Shown one piece after another: positions 50,609 through 60,827 of a stretch of 64,000 bases of DNA. The notes under the pieces were generated by a model. The model worked only from the letters and a program-made list of their open reading frames with translations. It made no database searches and was not told the DNA's origin. The first letter of the stretch is position 1, and each line of letters starts with the position of its first letter. Source of the DNA: Candidatus Cloacimonadales bacterium (lineage in GTDB: Bacteria; Cloacimonadota; Cloacimonadia; Cloacimonadales; JAFGVF01); NCBI GenBank assembly GCA_963667035.1, contig OY762964.1:1504001-1568000 (forward strand), given 5' to 3'. The position numbers were made by a program, and so were the translations under genes.

Positions 50609-52857
50609 TTAATCAAAAGGAATCCCAATCTGTTCACTTACTCCTTTAAAATAATCTATAACTAGCTCATTATGTGTTAGTTTTGCATACTTATATGATT
50701 CAACTATCAATTCTATCGCTTTCTTTTCATCACCAATCTGTGCTTCTGTAAATCCTAATGCTAAAAGTGTAAGAGCTAAACCTTGGGGTTCTTTTTCATT
50801 TTTATAGAGTATTATTGCTTGAGTATATAAATCCCTTGCTTTCTCTGGTTCTCTTAAACGACTTTCCAAATCTCCAAGGGATTTCAGAGCGTTTGCAAGA
50901 CCAAGATTAGACTGTTCTTTTGTATAAAGCTCAATTGATTTATTATAATTATCCCTTGCTTTCTCTGGTTCACCTAAAAGACGTTCCAAATCTCCAAGGG
51001 ATTTCAGAGCGTTTGCAAGACCAAGATTAGACTGTTCTTTTGTATAAAGCTCAATTGATTTATTATAATTATCCCTTGCTTTCTCTGGTTCACCTAAAAG
51101 ACGTTCCAAATCTCCAAGGGATTTCAGAGCGTTTGCTTTACCTTTTATAAAAGAGAAAGCAATGTTTATTAAATCTCTACTTGTTACTGCTCTAAATTGG
51201 TATGCATTAGTTAAACTATACATAAGAATACTAAGAGCGTCAATATCAGGTTTTCCAATTCTACAATCTTGTTTAACAAGCTGAGTCAGTGCTGTAAAAT
51301 GAAAGAGGATTAATTGTCTGGCAGACAAATTCTCTTCAGTTGATTGAATTCTATCAGCTATTTTTGCAATGCGTATGAAATACGAATAGATTACATCTCT
51401 TGCTTCTTTCCAGGAAAACCCGTTCTCCTCATTTATTGCTTCATCCAGAGCATATTGAGCAAGTGGAGGAAGCATAGTATAACCTGATTCATTTTTCACA
51501 AGGATATTGTGTTTACACAAAATGCTTATTGATGAGATTTCATCCTGGAAGAGATTCTTAGCTGTTATTTCAACCATTTTTTCAGCAAAGATAGCTGCAA
51601 TTGTCCATAACTTGAGAGCAATAGGGTTCTTGTTACATATTGCATCACTGGTTAATCTTAGCGATATTTGAAGTGATTCCAATCTTTCACTACTACATTC
51701 TGTGTCTGCAAGTTTAGCACCTTCTTTTTCCCATTGTTCATAAATCGTGTTAAGAGAATAGCTATATCCCAATCTGGCAATTAGTACTATTGTCAGAGCA
51801 TGACACCCAAGTTTTTTCTGTATGAAATCTTGAAGTACTTCATCATCTTTTTTGGGAGTTTGATTACCATTCCAAGCTAAAATAAATAAGGAGATTGCCT
51901 CATCGATTGAAAATGGGCATATTATAATTGGCTCTTCGAAACAAACATCAAGTGGAACTCTTGATGAAAATAGAATTCTAATACTGCTATTTATTTTCAG
52001 TTCTTCAAGTTGCTTTCTTCCGATTGGAGTTGAGACAATGCTTTCAAGATTATCAAGATAATACAATCCCTCATCAAGTAGAGGCAAAAGTTGTATGAGA
52101 TTATCAACATCGTTTTTTCCTAAGGCAGAACCAATATGAGAATATAAACTACCTGGATCAGCATTATCAGGAATATTGATGTAATAAGCATTATCTTGGG
52201 GTTTCAACTTTAACCATTCTTTAAGAGATGCCTTGCAAACCTCTGTTTTACCAATACCAGCCACACCAACTATTTGAATTGGTTTGCCATCACCTAATCT
52301 ACTCACTACTTTCTTTATATCATCATCTCGTCCTATAAGCTTCTTTTCTCTCGGTTCTAAGCGTCCGTCATCAGCTCCTTTTAGCTTTGCAGGTTGTAGA
52401 ATAAGATTTTCATTTTTTAATTCTACATTTGGAGTAATATCAGTTACTTTTTTTGAATATTAGAAATCTCTTTTAGAATATTTAACAACAATGTTATATT
52501 AATACTATTGTCACCACTATTCTTTAATTCATTTTCAAAAGCATTATTTATATCTTCTATCTGACTTTGCTCTATATTGAATCGCTCATATACTTCTAGA
52601 ATTATACTCGATGAGTTATCCTCAATGCTGGAAGGTTCTTCTAAATAGTTATTTGCCATCAAATACGCATCAATCTCACTTCCAATCTTTGAGACATCAA
52701 TACTAGTACCTACAACTGATTTAAATGCTTTTTTATACAACTTAGCAATCGTTCTTGAATGTGAATCCATCGCTGTAAGATAAGGAGCTAGCTTTTTCTT
52801 CACCTTAGTAGCTAACCCAATAATTGCTAGATATTCTCCTGCTCCTTTCGGTAGCAT
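50609..52857 (-). CDS. NLR-like STAND P-loop ATPase with C-terminal TPRs, encoded by two ORFs joined by a -1 shift (about 749 aa if joined)
   Basis: The downstream frame is open from 52459 and contains LIGRDDD before Walker A GVAGIGKT, then YLDNLE, SSR, GCHAL and TPRs. The upstream ORF (52444-52857) has an AGGAGG RBS and ends CAA AAA AAG TAA. Confidence 0.75.
50831..51136 (-). repeat. 120-bp intragenic tandem repeat (40-aa TPR unit, about 2.5 copies)
   Basis: 50881-51000 is identical to 51001-51120; unit ANALKSLGDLERLLGEPEKARDNYNKSIELYTKEQSNLGL. Confidence 0.95.
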
Positions 52858-53079
52858 CTTCCCTCCTAATAGTTGCCTTTACTATATCCGATTTAACGAT
52901 TCTTTCATTTAATTGTCAAGTTGAAGTTTATGATAAATAGATGTTGTTGATGCTTATTAGTAAATATGTAAACTGTCATTGGCTTTGATGGCATGTTATT
53001 AATAAGGTTTTAGATCAAAATCCACCTCAAAAATACTCAGTTTTCTCTTCAAGATAGTTTGGTTGGAATGGGAAAGCCT

Positions 53080-53152
53080 CCCGTGGGCATCCCGTGGGGC
53101 TCGCGTGTCTCTCCCGTGGCTATGCATGCGTGGGGCACGAGATACCCACGGG
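53080..53152. repeat. 11-bp-phased inverted repeat element C
   Basis: CCCGTG at 53080, 53091, 53113 and CGCGTG at 53102; then CATGCG 53125, CACGAG 53136, CACGGG 53147. Confidence 0.85.
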
Positions 53153-53400
53153 AGGGTTAGGTTTAGTTATCATATTTCTTTCAATGTATCTTGCTGACGA
53201 TGTCAGCATGGCGACTCAGGTGAGTTGCAGTACCATTTTTCACTGCCATTGACATCTAATTATAGCTTACAGACTATTAATTATTAATTACCTATAATAG
53301 TTTCTTCACCTTCATAACTAAATTTCTTAACTTCGAAAATCATTGCATTGATTTCCTGCTTTTATCTGACTCATTTTTCTATCTTAACTCGCAAGAGACA

Positions 53401-53473
53401 CTTGTTAGCTCCCCGTTAGATACCCGTTAGATACCCGTTACAGGCAATGGGAAAGAAACGACAGTCTGACGAG
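53401..53473. repeat. 11-bp-phased inverted repeat element D
   Basis: CTTGTTA 53401, CCCGTTA 53412/53423/53434; then CAATGGG 53445, AAACGAC 53456, TGACGAG 53467. Confidence 0.85.
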
Positions 53474-53594
53474 GTACTGATTGAACTTTATTCTCTATTA
53501 TGTTCGAACAATGAAAGTGCGTAGGAATTGCTAATTTATTCCTAAAACAGATAATTTCCAATTCATTTTGAGTTAGTTTAAATCGTAAAAATGC

Positions 53595-53622
53595 AAAAGG
53601 GCTGACATTTGTCAGCCCCTTT
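53595..53622 (-). terminator. intrinsic terminator after the carboxyltransferase operon
   Basis: AAAAGGGCTGAC-ATTT-GTCAGCCCCTTT. Confidence 0.8.
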
Positions 53623-53645
53623 CAATATAGTATATCCAACTAATC

Positions 53646-55631
53646 TTAGTCAGCTTTAATAATCATCAGATTATCACCTTTAGCAACAGAATCACCTGAT
53701 GAGAAAGGAATTTCAACAACTGTTCCACTCACAGGGCTAGGAATATTGTTGTACATCTTCATAGCTTCAAGCACAAGAACTGTCTCTCCTGCTTCAACAT
53801 GGTCACCTACGTTCTTCTCGTAGCTAACAAGCATACCGGGCATTGGAGCTTCAACAGAGTTTCCACCTTCAGTAGCAACAGGTTTAGCCGCAGGCTTAGG
53901 TGCCGGAGCGGCAACAGGTGCAGGTTGTGGCTTTGGTGCAGTAACTTTAGGGGCTACAGGACGAGGAGCACTTGCTACTATAGCAGGCATCTCTTTGTCG
54001 TCTACTTCAACCTTGAAGTAATCACCATCAACATAAACATCAAAAGAACGTACATTCTCTGATTTTTCAGGAACCTCTTTAGTAGGTTTAGCCGTTAACT
54101 CACCGCTAAGAGCTTTCTTAACAAGCTCTTCTTCTTCCTTAACCTGTTCCAATGTTTTTGGTTTCACATCTTCCGGAATATCTTTCTTACCATACTTCCA
54201 TTCCAGGAATCTCTTTCCGGTAATTGGATAAAGAGCAACTATGAGTTCATCATCAAGATCCTTTGCAAGACCTTTAACACTCTCTTGAACCGCTGATAAT
54301 TCCGGTTCAATAATATCGCCGGGGCGACAAGTAATAGGTTCTTCACCACGAGGGTAACCTTTCAGAGCTTTTGCTCTGACTTCCGGATCTATATCAAGAG
54401 TAGTTTTACCATAGAGTCCGAAACAAAGGTCTTTAACCTGCTCGGTAATTGATTTGTACTCTCCCATCTTATCATCAAAGAGCACATTGTTTACTGTTTG
54501 AATACCAACAATCTGACTTGTCGGCGTTACAAGTGGTACCGTACCTAAATCTTTTCTAACTGCAGGAAGTGTCTCGAATACATCATCAAGCTTATCAAGA
54601 GCATCCATTTGACGGAGCTGGTTAACAAGATTAGAGAGCATACCACCCGGAGTCTGATGAATGATAACATTAGTATCAATGATAGAGAACTTAGTATTAT
54701 CGGCAAAATGCTTATACTTAGGAATTACTTTCTCAAGTTCTTTATCAATAGTAGCAAGTGCTTTGATGTCAAAACCTGTGTCCCTAGTTGTTCCCAAAAG
54801 AGATACAACAAGAGGTTCAACTGCGGCATGAGCTGTTCTGTAAGCATAAGGTGCCATACATGTATCGATAATATCAACTCCTGCTTCAATGGCTTTGAAG
54901 AGAGTTAAATCTCCCATACCTGATGTGAAATGAGTATGTAAATGGATTGGTACCGAAACAGCTTCTTTTAAAGCCTTAATCAGATTATATGCATCATAAG
55001 GAGCAACAAGTCCCGCCATATCCTTGATGCAAATAGAATCCGCACCCATAGCTTCTAATTGTTTTGCTTTATCAACATAATAATCGATGTTATACACTTC
55101 ACCGCCCATTCTCATTTCTGTTAGAGAATAGCAGATAGTTCCTTGAAAATGTTTATTATTCTTTTTTATTACTTTTAAGGCTGTCTCGAAATTACGGAAA
55201 TCATTCAAGGCATCAAATACACGGAAAATGTCTATTCCATTATCACAAGCTCTTTGTACAAATGCTTCGACAACATCATCGGCATAGTTCCTGTAGCCCA
55301 CTAAGTTCTGTCCTCTGAGCAACATTGAGAATGGTGTGTTCTTAATATATTTCTTAAGAGTTCTGATTCTCTCCCATGGATCTTCTCCCAGATAGCGATG
55401 CATTGTATCAAAAGTAGCACCACCCCAAACTTCCATAGAATGGAAACCGACTTTATCCATTGCCTCGGCAACAGCAATCATGTCTTCGGTTCTACCTCTG
55501 GTTGCAAAGATGGACTGATGTCCGTCTCTGAAAGTAACGTCTTGAATTTTAATCGGGTTTATAGCTTTAGGACGATTGACGTCATAGTTCATTTCTGCCA
55601 TTTGCAGAACACCATGTTTATCAAAATTCAT
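53646..55631 (-). CDS. pyruvate/oxaloacetate carboxyltransferase (PycB/OadA/transcarboxylase 5S-like) fused to a biotinyl domain
   Basis: RDGHQS, WGGATFD, IKDMAG, HTH, PGGM.SNL, LVTPTSQ and biotin motif EAMKM after a Pro/Ala linker; start 55631 after GGAGG. Confidence 0.9.
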   Translation of the reverse strand: MNFDKHGVLQMAEMNYDVNRPKAINPIKIQDVTFRDGHQSIFATRGRTEDMIAVAEAMDKVGFHSMEVWGGATFDTMHRYLGEDPWERIRTLKKYIKNTPFSMLLRGQNLVGYRNYADDVVEAFVQRACDNGIDIFRVFDALNDFRNFETALKVIKKNNKHFQGTICYSLTEMRMGGEVYNIDYYVDKAKQLEAMGADSICIKDMAGLVAPYDAYNLIKALKEAVSVPIHLHTHFTSGMGDLTLFKAIEAGVDIIDTCMAPYAYRTAHAAVEPLVVSLLGTTRDTGFDIKALATIDKELEKVIPKYKHFADNTKFSIIDTNVIIHQTPGGMLSNLVNQLRQMDALDKLDDVFETLPAVRKDLGTVPLVTPTSQIVGIQTVNNVLFDDKMGEYKSITEQVKDLCFGLYGKTTLDIDPEVRAKALKGYPRGEEPITCRPGDIIEPELSAVQESVKGLAKDLDDELIVALYPITGKRFLEWKYGKKDIPEDVKPKTLEQVKEEEELVKKALSGELTAKPTKEVPEKSENVRSFDVYVDGDYFKVEVDDKEMPAIVASAPRPVAPKVTAPKPQPAPVAAPAPKPAAKPVATEGGNSVEAPMPGMLVSYEKNVGDHVEAGETVLVLEAMKMYNNIPSPVSGTVVEIPFSSGDSVAKGDNLMIIKAD

Positions 55632-55661
55632 TCTTCCTCCGGATATATTCAATTTCTTTAA

Positions 55662-55853
55662 TTAACGTTTTAAAACACGACGTTGCATCATTTGATTATT
55701 AATCATCTGATTCTGACGTCCGTAAAAAGCCCAACTTGTAGGTAAGTTCGGCGGTTTTATTTCAGGAGCAGGCAACTGTGCCCTCTCTGCTTGAATGTAT
55801 TGTAATACTGCAGAAATAGCTGCAATTTGTTTCTTCTTCATATCTTCCATCAT
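55662..55853 (-). CDS. small accessory subunit of acyl-CoA carboxyltransferase (epsilon-like)
   Basis: IAAISAVLQY...SW...GR pattern; lies between the two carboxyltransferase genes; GGAGG RBS. Confidence 0.65.
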   Translation of the reverse strand: MMEDMKKKQIAAISAVLQYIQAERAQLPAPEIKPPNLPTSWAFYGRQNQMINNQMMQRRVLKR

Positions 55854-55862
55854 TCACCCTCC

Positions 55863-57416
55863 TTACACAGGGATGTTTCCATGTTTTTTAGGAGGTAATG
55901 ACTCACTCTTAGTACAAAGAACGTGCATTGCATCAATTAGCCTTGCTCTTGTTTCTGAAGGTCTTATCACGGCTTCAATATAACCTCTTTCGGCAGCTCT
56001 ATACGGATTATTGAAGAGCTCTTCATATTCATGAATCTTTCTTGCTCTTTCTGCTTCAGGATCTTCAGCTTTATTAATCTCGGTTCTATAGATAATATTA
56101 GCTGCACCTTTAGCTCCCATAACGGCAATCTCAGCAGACGGCCATGCAAATATCATATCTGCACCAAGGTGTTTTGAGCTCATGGCAATATATGAACCAC
56201 CGTAGTTCTTACGAGTAACAACTGTCATTTTCGGTACTGTTGCTTCGGAGTAAACCCATAACAGTTTAGCACCGTGACGAATAATGCCACTCCATTCCTG
56301 ATGGCAACCCGGTAAGTAACCGGGAACATCAACAAGTGTAAGTAACGGAATATTAAATGAGTCGCAGAAGCGAATAAAGCGAGAAGCTTTATCACTTGCA
56401 TCAATATCTAAGCATCCGGCTAACACGATGGGTTGATTAGCAATTATACCAACAGTTCTTCCGTCTAATCTGGCAAAAGATATGATTATATTCTGAGCAT
56501 AATACTCATGAGGTTCATACATATAACCGTCATCTACAATGGCTTTGATTACGTCACGCATATCATAACCCATCATAGGACTATCGGGAATTATGCTGTC
56601 AAGCTCGGGAGCGAGTCTATGAGGATCATCTTCCGTTGGAACAATTGGAGGTTCCTCCATATTGTTGCTAGGGAGAAAGCTCAAAAGTTCTCTAATACTT
56701 TCAAGTGCTTCCGCATCACTTTCACAAGCAAAATGAGCATTTCCCGATTTGGTGTTATGTGTCCAGGCACCGCCTAACTCCTCTTGAGTTGTGACTTCAC
56801 CCGTTACGGCTCTGATAACATCTGGACCTGTAATGAACATGAAACTGGAATTCTTCACCATATAGATAAAGTCTGTCATAGCAGGACTATAAACTGCACC
56901 ACCGGCACAAGGTCCCATTATTGCAGATATCTGAGGTATAACACCGGAGAAACGTGAGTTGCGTATAAAGATATCACCATACCCTTTTAATGCGTCAACG
57001 CCTTCCTGGATTCTGGCACCGCCCGAATCGTTAATTCCAACAAGTGGAACACCGGATTTACCGGCTAAATCCATTACTTTACATATTTTAGCTGCATGCA
57101 TTTCACCAAGAGAACCCGCTCTAGCGGTAAAATCCTGTGCAAAAGCACAAACCGGTCTTCCGTTTATTAATCCGTGTCCGGTTACCACACCATCACTAGG
57201 AATATCTTTCGTTTCCATTCCGAAATTTGTGCAACGATGCTTAACAAACTTGTCAATTTCCCTGAATGTTCCCGGATCGAATAAAAGGTTTATTCTTTCT
57301 CGAGCAGTCAGCTTACCCTTATTATGTTGTTTCTCAATTTGGGCTTCACCGCCCATCATCTCAATCTTCTTTTCTTTTTCCAATAAGTTATTGATTTTGT
57401 CTTTTGTAGTTGACAT
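55863..57416 (-). CDS. methylmalonyl-CoA/propionyl-CoA carboxyltransferase subunit (PccB/MmdA/12S family)
   Basis: GKLTARERI, DSGGARIQEG, GPCAGGAVY, DVPGYLPG and KKHGNIP motifs. Confidence 0.93.
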   Translation of the reverse strand: MSTTKDKINNLLEKEKKIEMMGGEAQIEKQHNKGKLTARERINLLFDPGTFREIDKFVKHRCTNFGMETKDIPSDGVVTGHGLINGRPVCAFAQDFTARAGSLGEMHAAKICKVMDLAGKSGVPLVGINDSGGARIQEGVDALKGYGDIFIRNSRFSGVIPQISAIMGPCAGGAVYSPAMTDFIYMVKNSSFMFITGPDVIRAVTGEVTTQEELGGAWTHNTKSGNAHFACESDAEALESIRELLSFLPSNNMEEPPIVPTEDDPHRLAPELDSIIPDSPMMGYDMRDVIKAIVDDGYMYEPHEYYAQNIIISFARLDGRTVGIIANQPIVLAGCLDIDASDKASRFIRFCDSFNIPLLTLVDVPGYLPGCHQEWSGIIRHGAKLLWVYSEATVPKMTVVTRKNYGGSYIAMSSKHLGADMIFAWPSAEIAVMGAKGAANIIYRTEINKAEDPEAERARKIHEYEELFNNPYRAAERGYIEAVIRPSETRARLIDAMHVLCTKSESLPPKKHGNIPV

Positions 57417-57495
57417 TGAAACTCCTTTTGTATAGAGTTAGAATAATCACATACAAATGAGCTTTTCGGATATAAGTCAAGCTAAATTATTATAT

Positions 57496-58464
57496 ATGAA
57501 AGTGAGGACAGCATTAATGACATCAGTAGAAAGTGATAAGAAAAGTGTTGCAGTAGTACTGGGAGGCGGAGCAGCTTTAGGCTTAGCCCATATTGGAGTA
57601 TTGAATGTCATTCAGAAGCATTTTAATATAAAGGGTATTGTTGGCACAAGCATGGGAGCAATAATTGGCGGGATGTATGCATTAGGTAAATCTCCCGAAT
57701 GGATATTGGAATCGTTAAAAGAATACAATTACTTAAAAATATTTAATCCTATGCACTTCGATTTTAGTATGAAAGGGTTTTTTAATGGTAAAGTTCTATT
57801 AGATGAACTAGATAGCTACACCGAAAAAGCAGTTATTGAGAATTGCGAAATTCCTTTTTATGCTGTTGCTTATGATATTCATACCAAAAGATCGGTAATA
57901 ATCCATAAAGGAAGCTTATCAAAAGCAATGCGAGCTTCTTCAAGTGTTCCCTATGTTTTCCGTCCCTTTAAATATGAACAATACTTATTCCTGGATGGAG
58001 GAGTCGAATATCCTGTCCCAGTGAACTTTGCTAAACAGCTTTTTCCTGATACTATGATTATTGCCGTGAATGTTCAAGAGCCATTACCCAGAACTGCCGA
58101 GTTCTTCAAACCTGTTAAGGCAAAGCATAGCAACAAGAAGGAATTAGGTTTCGTGGAAGTATTACTGGAAAGCGTATATGGTAACCAAGCGTATTTAAGT
58201 ATAAATGAAATCATCAATGAAAAGCCTGAGATTGTCATCAATCCTTTCAATCCCGATTATTCGTTCAAAGACTTTCAAAAAGTCAAAGAGTTCTATGAAT
58301 TAGGCAAGAAGACTGCTGAACGAGAGATGAGTAACTACTTACATAAAACTGAGAAAGTAGACCCTCTGGCAATCTACAAAGAAAGAATAGAGCAAATCCG
58401 CAAGAACTTCACAGAGATGATTCCTATCCTTAAGGATTTACCTAATCCTTTTAAAAAGGAATAA
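57496..58464 (+). CDS. patatin-like phospholipase
   Basis: GGGAALGLAHIG, GTSMG (catalytic Ser) and DGG motifs; exact start uncertain (57457, 57496 or 57517). Confidence 0.9.
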   Translation: MKVRTALMTSVESDKKSVAVVLGGGAALGLAHIGVLNVIQKHFNIKGIVGTSMGAIIGGMYALGKSPEWILESLKEYNYLKIFNPMHFDFSMKGFFNGKVLLDELDSYTEKAVIENCEIPFYAVAYDIHTKRSVIIHKGSLSKAMRASSSVPYVFRPFKYEQYLFLDGGVEYPVPVNFAKQLFPDTMIIAVNVQEPLPRTAEFFKPVKAKHSNKKELGFVEVLLESVYGNQAYLSINEIINEKPEIVINPFNPDYSFKDFQKVKEFYELGKKTAEREMSNYLHKTEKVDPLAIYKERIEQIRKNFTEMIPILKDLPNPFKKE

Positions 58465-58478
58465 CTGCTATATATAAG

Positions 58479-58506
58479 AAAGAGCCCCTTTTACGGGGCT
58501 CTTTTT
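58479..58506. terminator. bidirectional intrinsic terminator
   Basis: AAAGAGCCCC-TTTTAC-GGGGCTCTTT between convergent genes. Confidence 0.8.
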
Positions 58507-58519
58507 CAACTAAAAACTA

Positions 58520-59500
58520 TTATTTTACTTTCTCTTTTCCTATACTGATTCCACATTTAGCATTATCAGTAATTTCAGGTAACTTAGAAACAACTTGAGA
58601 ATCACAAATGTTCTTTGAAGTATTTGTAAGAGTTATTTCTTGATTCATTGTCCATGGTAAATTGAACTGTTGACCTTGTCTCCAATAGGAATAAGTGTTT
58701 TCATTTTGCCAGAAAGCCGCTACCACAGTGTTTGAATAAGCACGATAATATCCAATATTATAAAGTGCATCGTCTACAGGAATGACTATTTGGTCCACAG
58801 TCTCATGGGCTAACTCGTAATTTACATACAATGGAGAAAGATTATGTGAACCATTATTTCTCATTTTAAGATAGAAATAATCTTCGCTAACCACCAAGTT
58901 CCAAGTGTATTCCGAACCGGAAATTGTTTCGGTTGAAGACCATTCAAGCTTCAAGCCGACTTGTGAGCCTTGGGTTGTTTGTCCCGAAGTACTTGCATAA
59001 TATGAATAAGAATTATCTGTTTTAAGAACCCTAAAGGTCACTGTTTCATCCGGATTGATTATTTTTGTGCCATATCTGTTAACAGAGATATCGATATCGG
59101 TAAAGGTTGTATTATAGAAACTTAAATCAAAATATCCAGAGTCTAAAGTCATTACAGATATAACATCCGAATAAGAACTGTTTCCATCACCATTATGAGC
59201 TCTTACTCTATAGTAGTAATGAGTGTCATCTGATAATCCGTTCACGTTGCAATAAGTATCCTCAACGACTCTACTACGATAGTCCGGTAAATAGTTATTA
59301 AAATTAACGTCAGTCGCTACATCAAGACGATAACTATCTGCATCATCAACAGGTTCCCAGTTTGCAACAAAACTATTTTCGGTAACATAGCTTGCATCTA
59401 GAGCATAAGGAGCATCGGGATAGTTAGCAGAAGTAGGATCTTCACAAGATATTAGCACAAAACTAACAATAAATAGCAACAGTAACTTAGTAATTTTCAT
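58520..59500 (-). CDS. fibronectin type III domain lipoprotein
   Basis: Lipobox LISC; SFVANW..V..A.SYRLDV...GL...THYYYRVRAHN..G.S.YS. Confidence 0.8.
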   Translation of the reverse strand: MKITKLLLLFIVSFVLISCEDPTSANYPDAPYALDASYVTENSFVANWEPVDDADSYRLDVATDVNFNNYLPDYRSRVVEDTYCNVNGLSDDTHYYYRVRAHNGDGNSSYSDVISVMTLDSGYFDLSFYNTTFTDIDISVNRYGTKIINPDETVTFRVLKTDNSYSYYASTSGQTTQGSQVGLKLEWSSTETISGSEYTWNLVVSEDYFYLKMRNNGSHNLSPLYVNYELAHETVDQIVIPVDDALYNIGYYRAYSNTVVAAFWQNENTYSYWRQGQQFNLPWTMNQEITLTNTSKNICDSQVVSKLPEITDNAKCGISIGKEKVK

Positions 59501-59590
59501 AAATTCCCCTTTCAATTTGTTTACAACTCTTTCTCAAGTGTTATTATCAATGAAAGGCATCTTTCGTTGCATGTCAAGCGTTAAAAGAAG

Positions 59591-60827
59591 CTGGCATCCC
59601 CCCGTTTTTTATCATAAGCATGTCATCTGCTCCCATTCTGCATGACAACCTTGATACTTTGGAACAAAGTAATGCTTCCAATCTCTGAATAGATTTTTAA
59701 CAACAACCGATAGTCTGTAGTAGATAAACTTACATAATTCCTTTAGATTACTCTTTTTACTAAGCATAATGTGTTGATACATTTCCGCAAAGTCGTATCG
59801 ATACTTATCCAAAGAATAAAGATAACTGACTGCCAATAATAACATGCAGTTCAGATTTCTTAACCTGTCCAATGTCATAACCTGCATATCTTCCCACGAA
59901 TACTCCTGCTTCACATGACGGTGTACTTCTTCTACTTTCCAGCGGAGACGATACCCTCTTATTGCAGTTGTTATCAACTCCAAATCACTAAGGTCTCGAT
60001 TGGGGAAATCACAGTTCAAATAGAAAAAACCTTTGACGCGAATGATATATGAAGCCTCATTCTCTGTTAAATAGTTGATTACTACCTTATCATCATAACC
60101 TCTATCCATTACATATATCCCTTTATTTCCTGAATACACCTGAATATCATTGATCCGATCAAACACAGACTGTTTCAGTATGCCCGGATCTTCGTCGTTA
60201 GTATGCAATTCAGACACAAGAGGACGTATCTCAAGCGAATGACCTTCTTTTGATACTCTGATTATATCTAATACTTCATAACCGTTACACCACTCGCCTG
60301 TACTGCCGTCTCTAACTCTGGTTAATCCTTCCATCTTCTTTGAATGGCTTTTCATTATGTCGCTGGGATCAATGACTATCAGGTCATAAGATGCTATCTT
60401 CTTGCTTTCACAAATCAGATGAATATTTGATAGATTTTTGTACAACTCAGGTTTTGATAAATGACGACGATATCGTTCGCAGAGCTTTTCTAATGAGATA
60501 TTCACTTCATGGCTCATTGCAATCCTTCTGATTATACAACTACCGGATTTCAAAATGCCACTGACAAGCTCTTTTACAAATTTCTTCTCTTTGATAGTAC
60601 AGCTATGTGTGACTTTGTTGATGAATTTTGAAAATTTAGCTTGCAGATTATGCTTTTTTATTATTGATAGTTCCATATAGTGAGTTCCTTTTGTTTTATT
60701 TTAAGCGTAACAACAATAAATAGGGACTCACTCTTTTCAAGCTTTTTCTTGACTATTTTTATACTTAAATTACCACTTTTTCAGTCACTTATTATGACCA
60801 TTATTCTAAATTTCGGGGGGATGCTTG
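59591..60827 (-). mobile_element. IS4-family-like insertion sequence, 1237 bp
   Basis: Terminal inverted repeats CTGGCATCCCCCCG / CGGGGGGATGCTTG; 10-bp direct repeat TTAAAAGAAG at 59581-59590 and 60828-60837. Confidence 0.9.
59612..60676 (-). CDS. DDE transposase (IS4-like)
   Basis: IVIDPSD, VMDRGYD and YREK-like motif Y.LRWKVEEVHRHVKQ. Confidence 0.88.
   Translation of the reverse strand: MELSIIKKHNLQAKFSKFINKVTHSCTIKEKKFVKELVSGILKSGSCIIRRIAMSHEVNISLEKLCERYRRHLSKPELYKNLSNIHLICESKKIASYDLIVIDPSDIMKSHSKKMEGLTRVRDGSTGEWCNGYEVLDIIRVSKEGHSLEIRPLVSELHTNDEDPGILKQSVFDRINDIQVYSGNKGIYVMDRGYDDKVVINYLTENEASYIIRVKGFFYLNCDFPNRDLSDLELITTAIRGYRLRWKVEEVHRHVKQEYSWEDMQVMTLDRLRNLNCMLLLAVSYLYSLDKYRYDFAEMYQHIMLSKKSNLKELCKFIYYRLSVVVKNLFRDWKHYFVPKYQGCHAEWEQMTCL

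Noticed and set aside
50609..52306. GTG at 52306 as the true start of the ATPase-TPR gene
   Set aside because: The frame is open for about 50 more codons upstream and includes the LIGR motif belonging to the ATPase domain; no clear RBS precedes the GTG.
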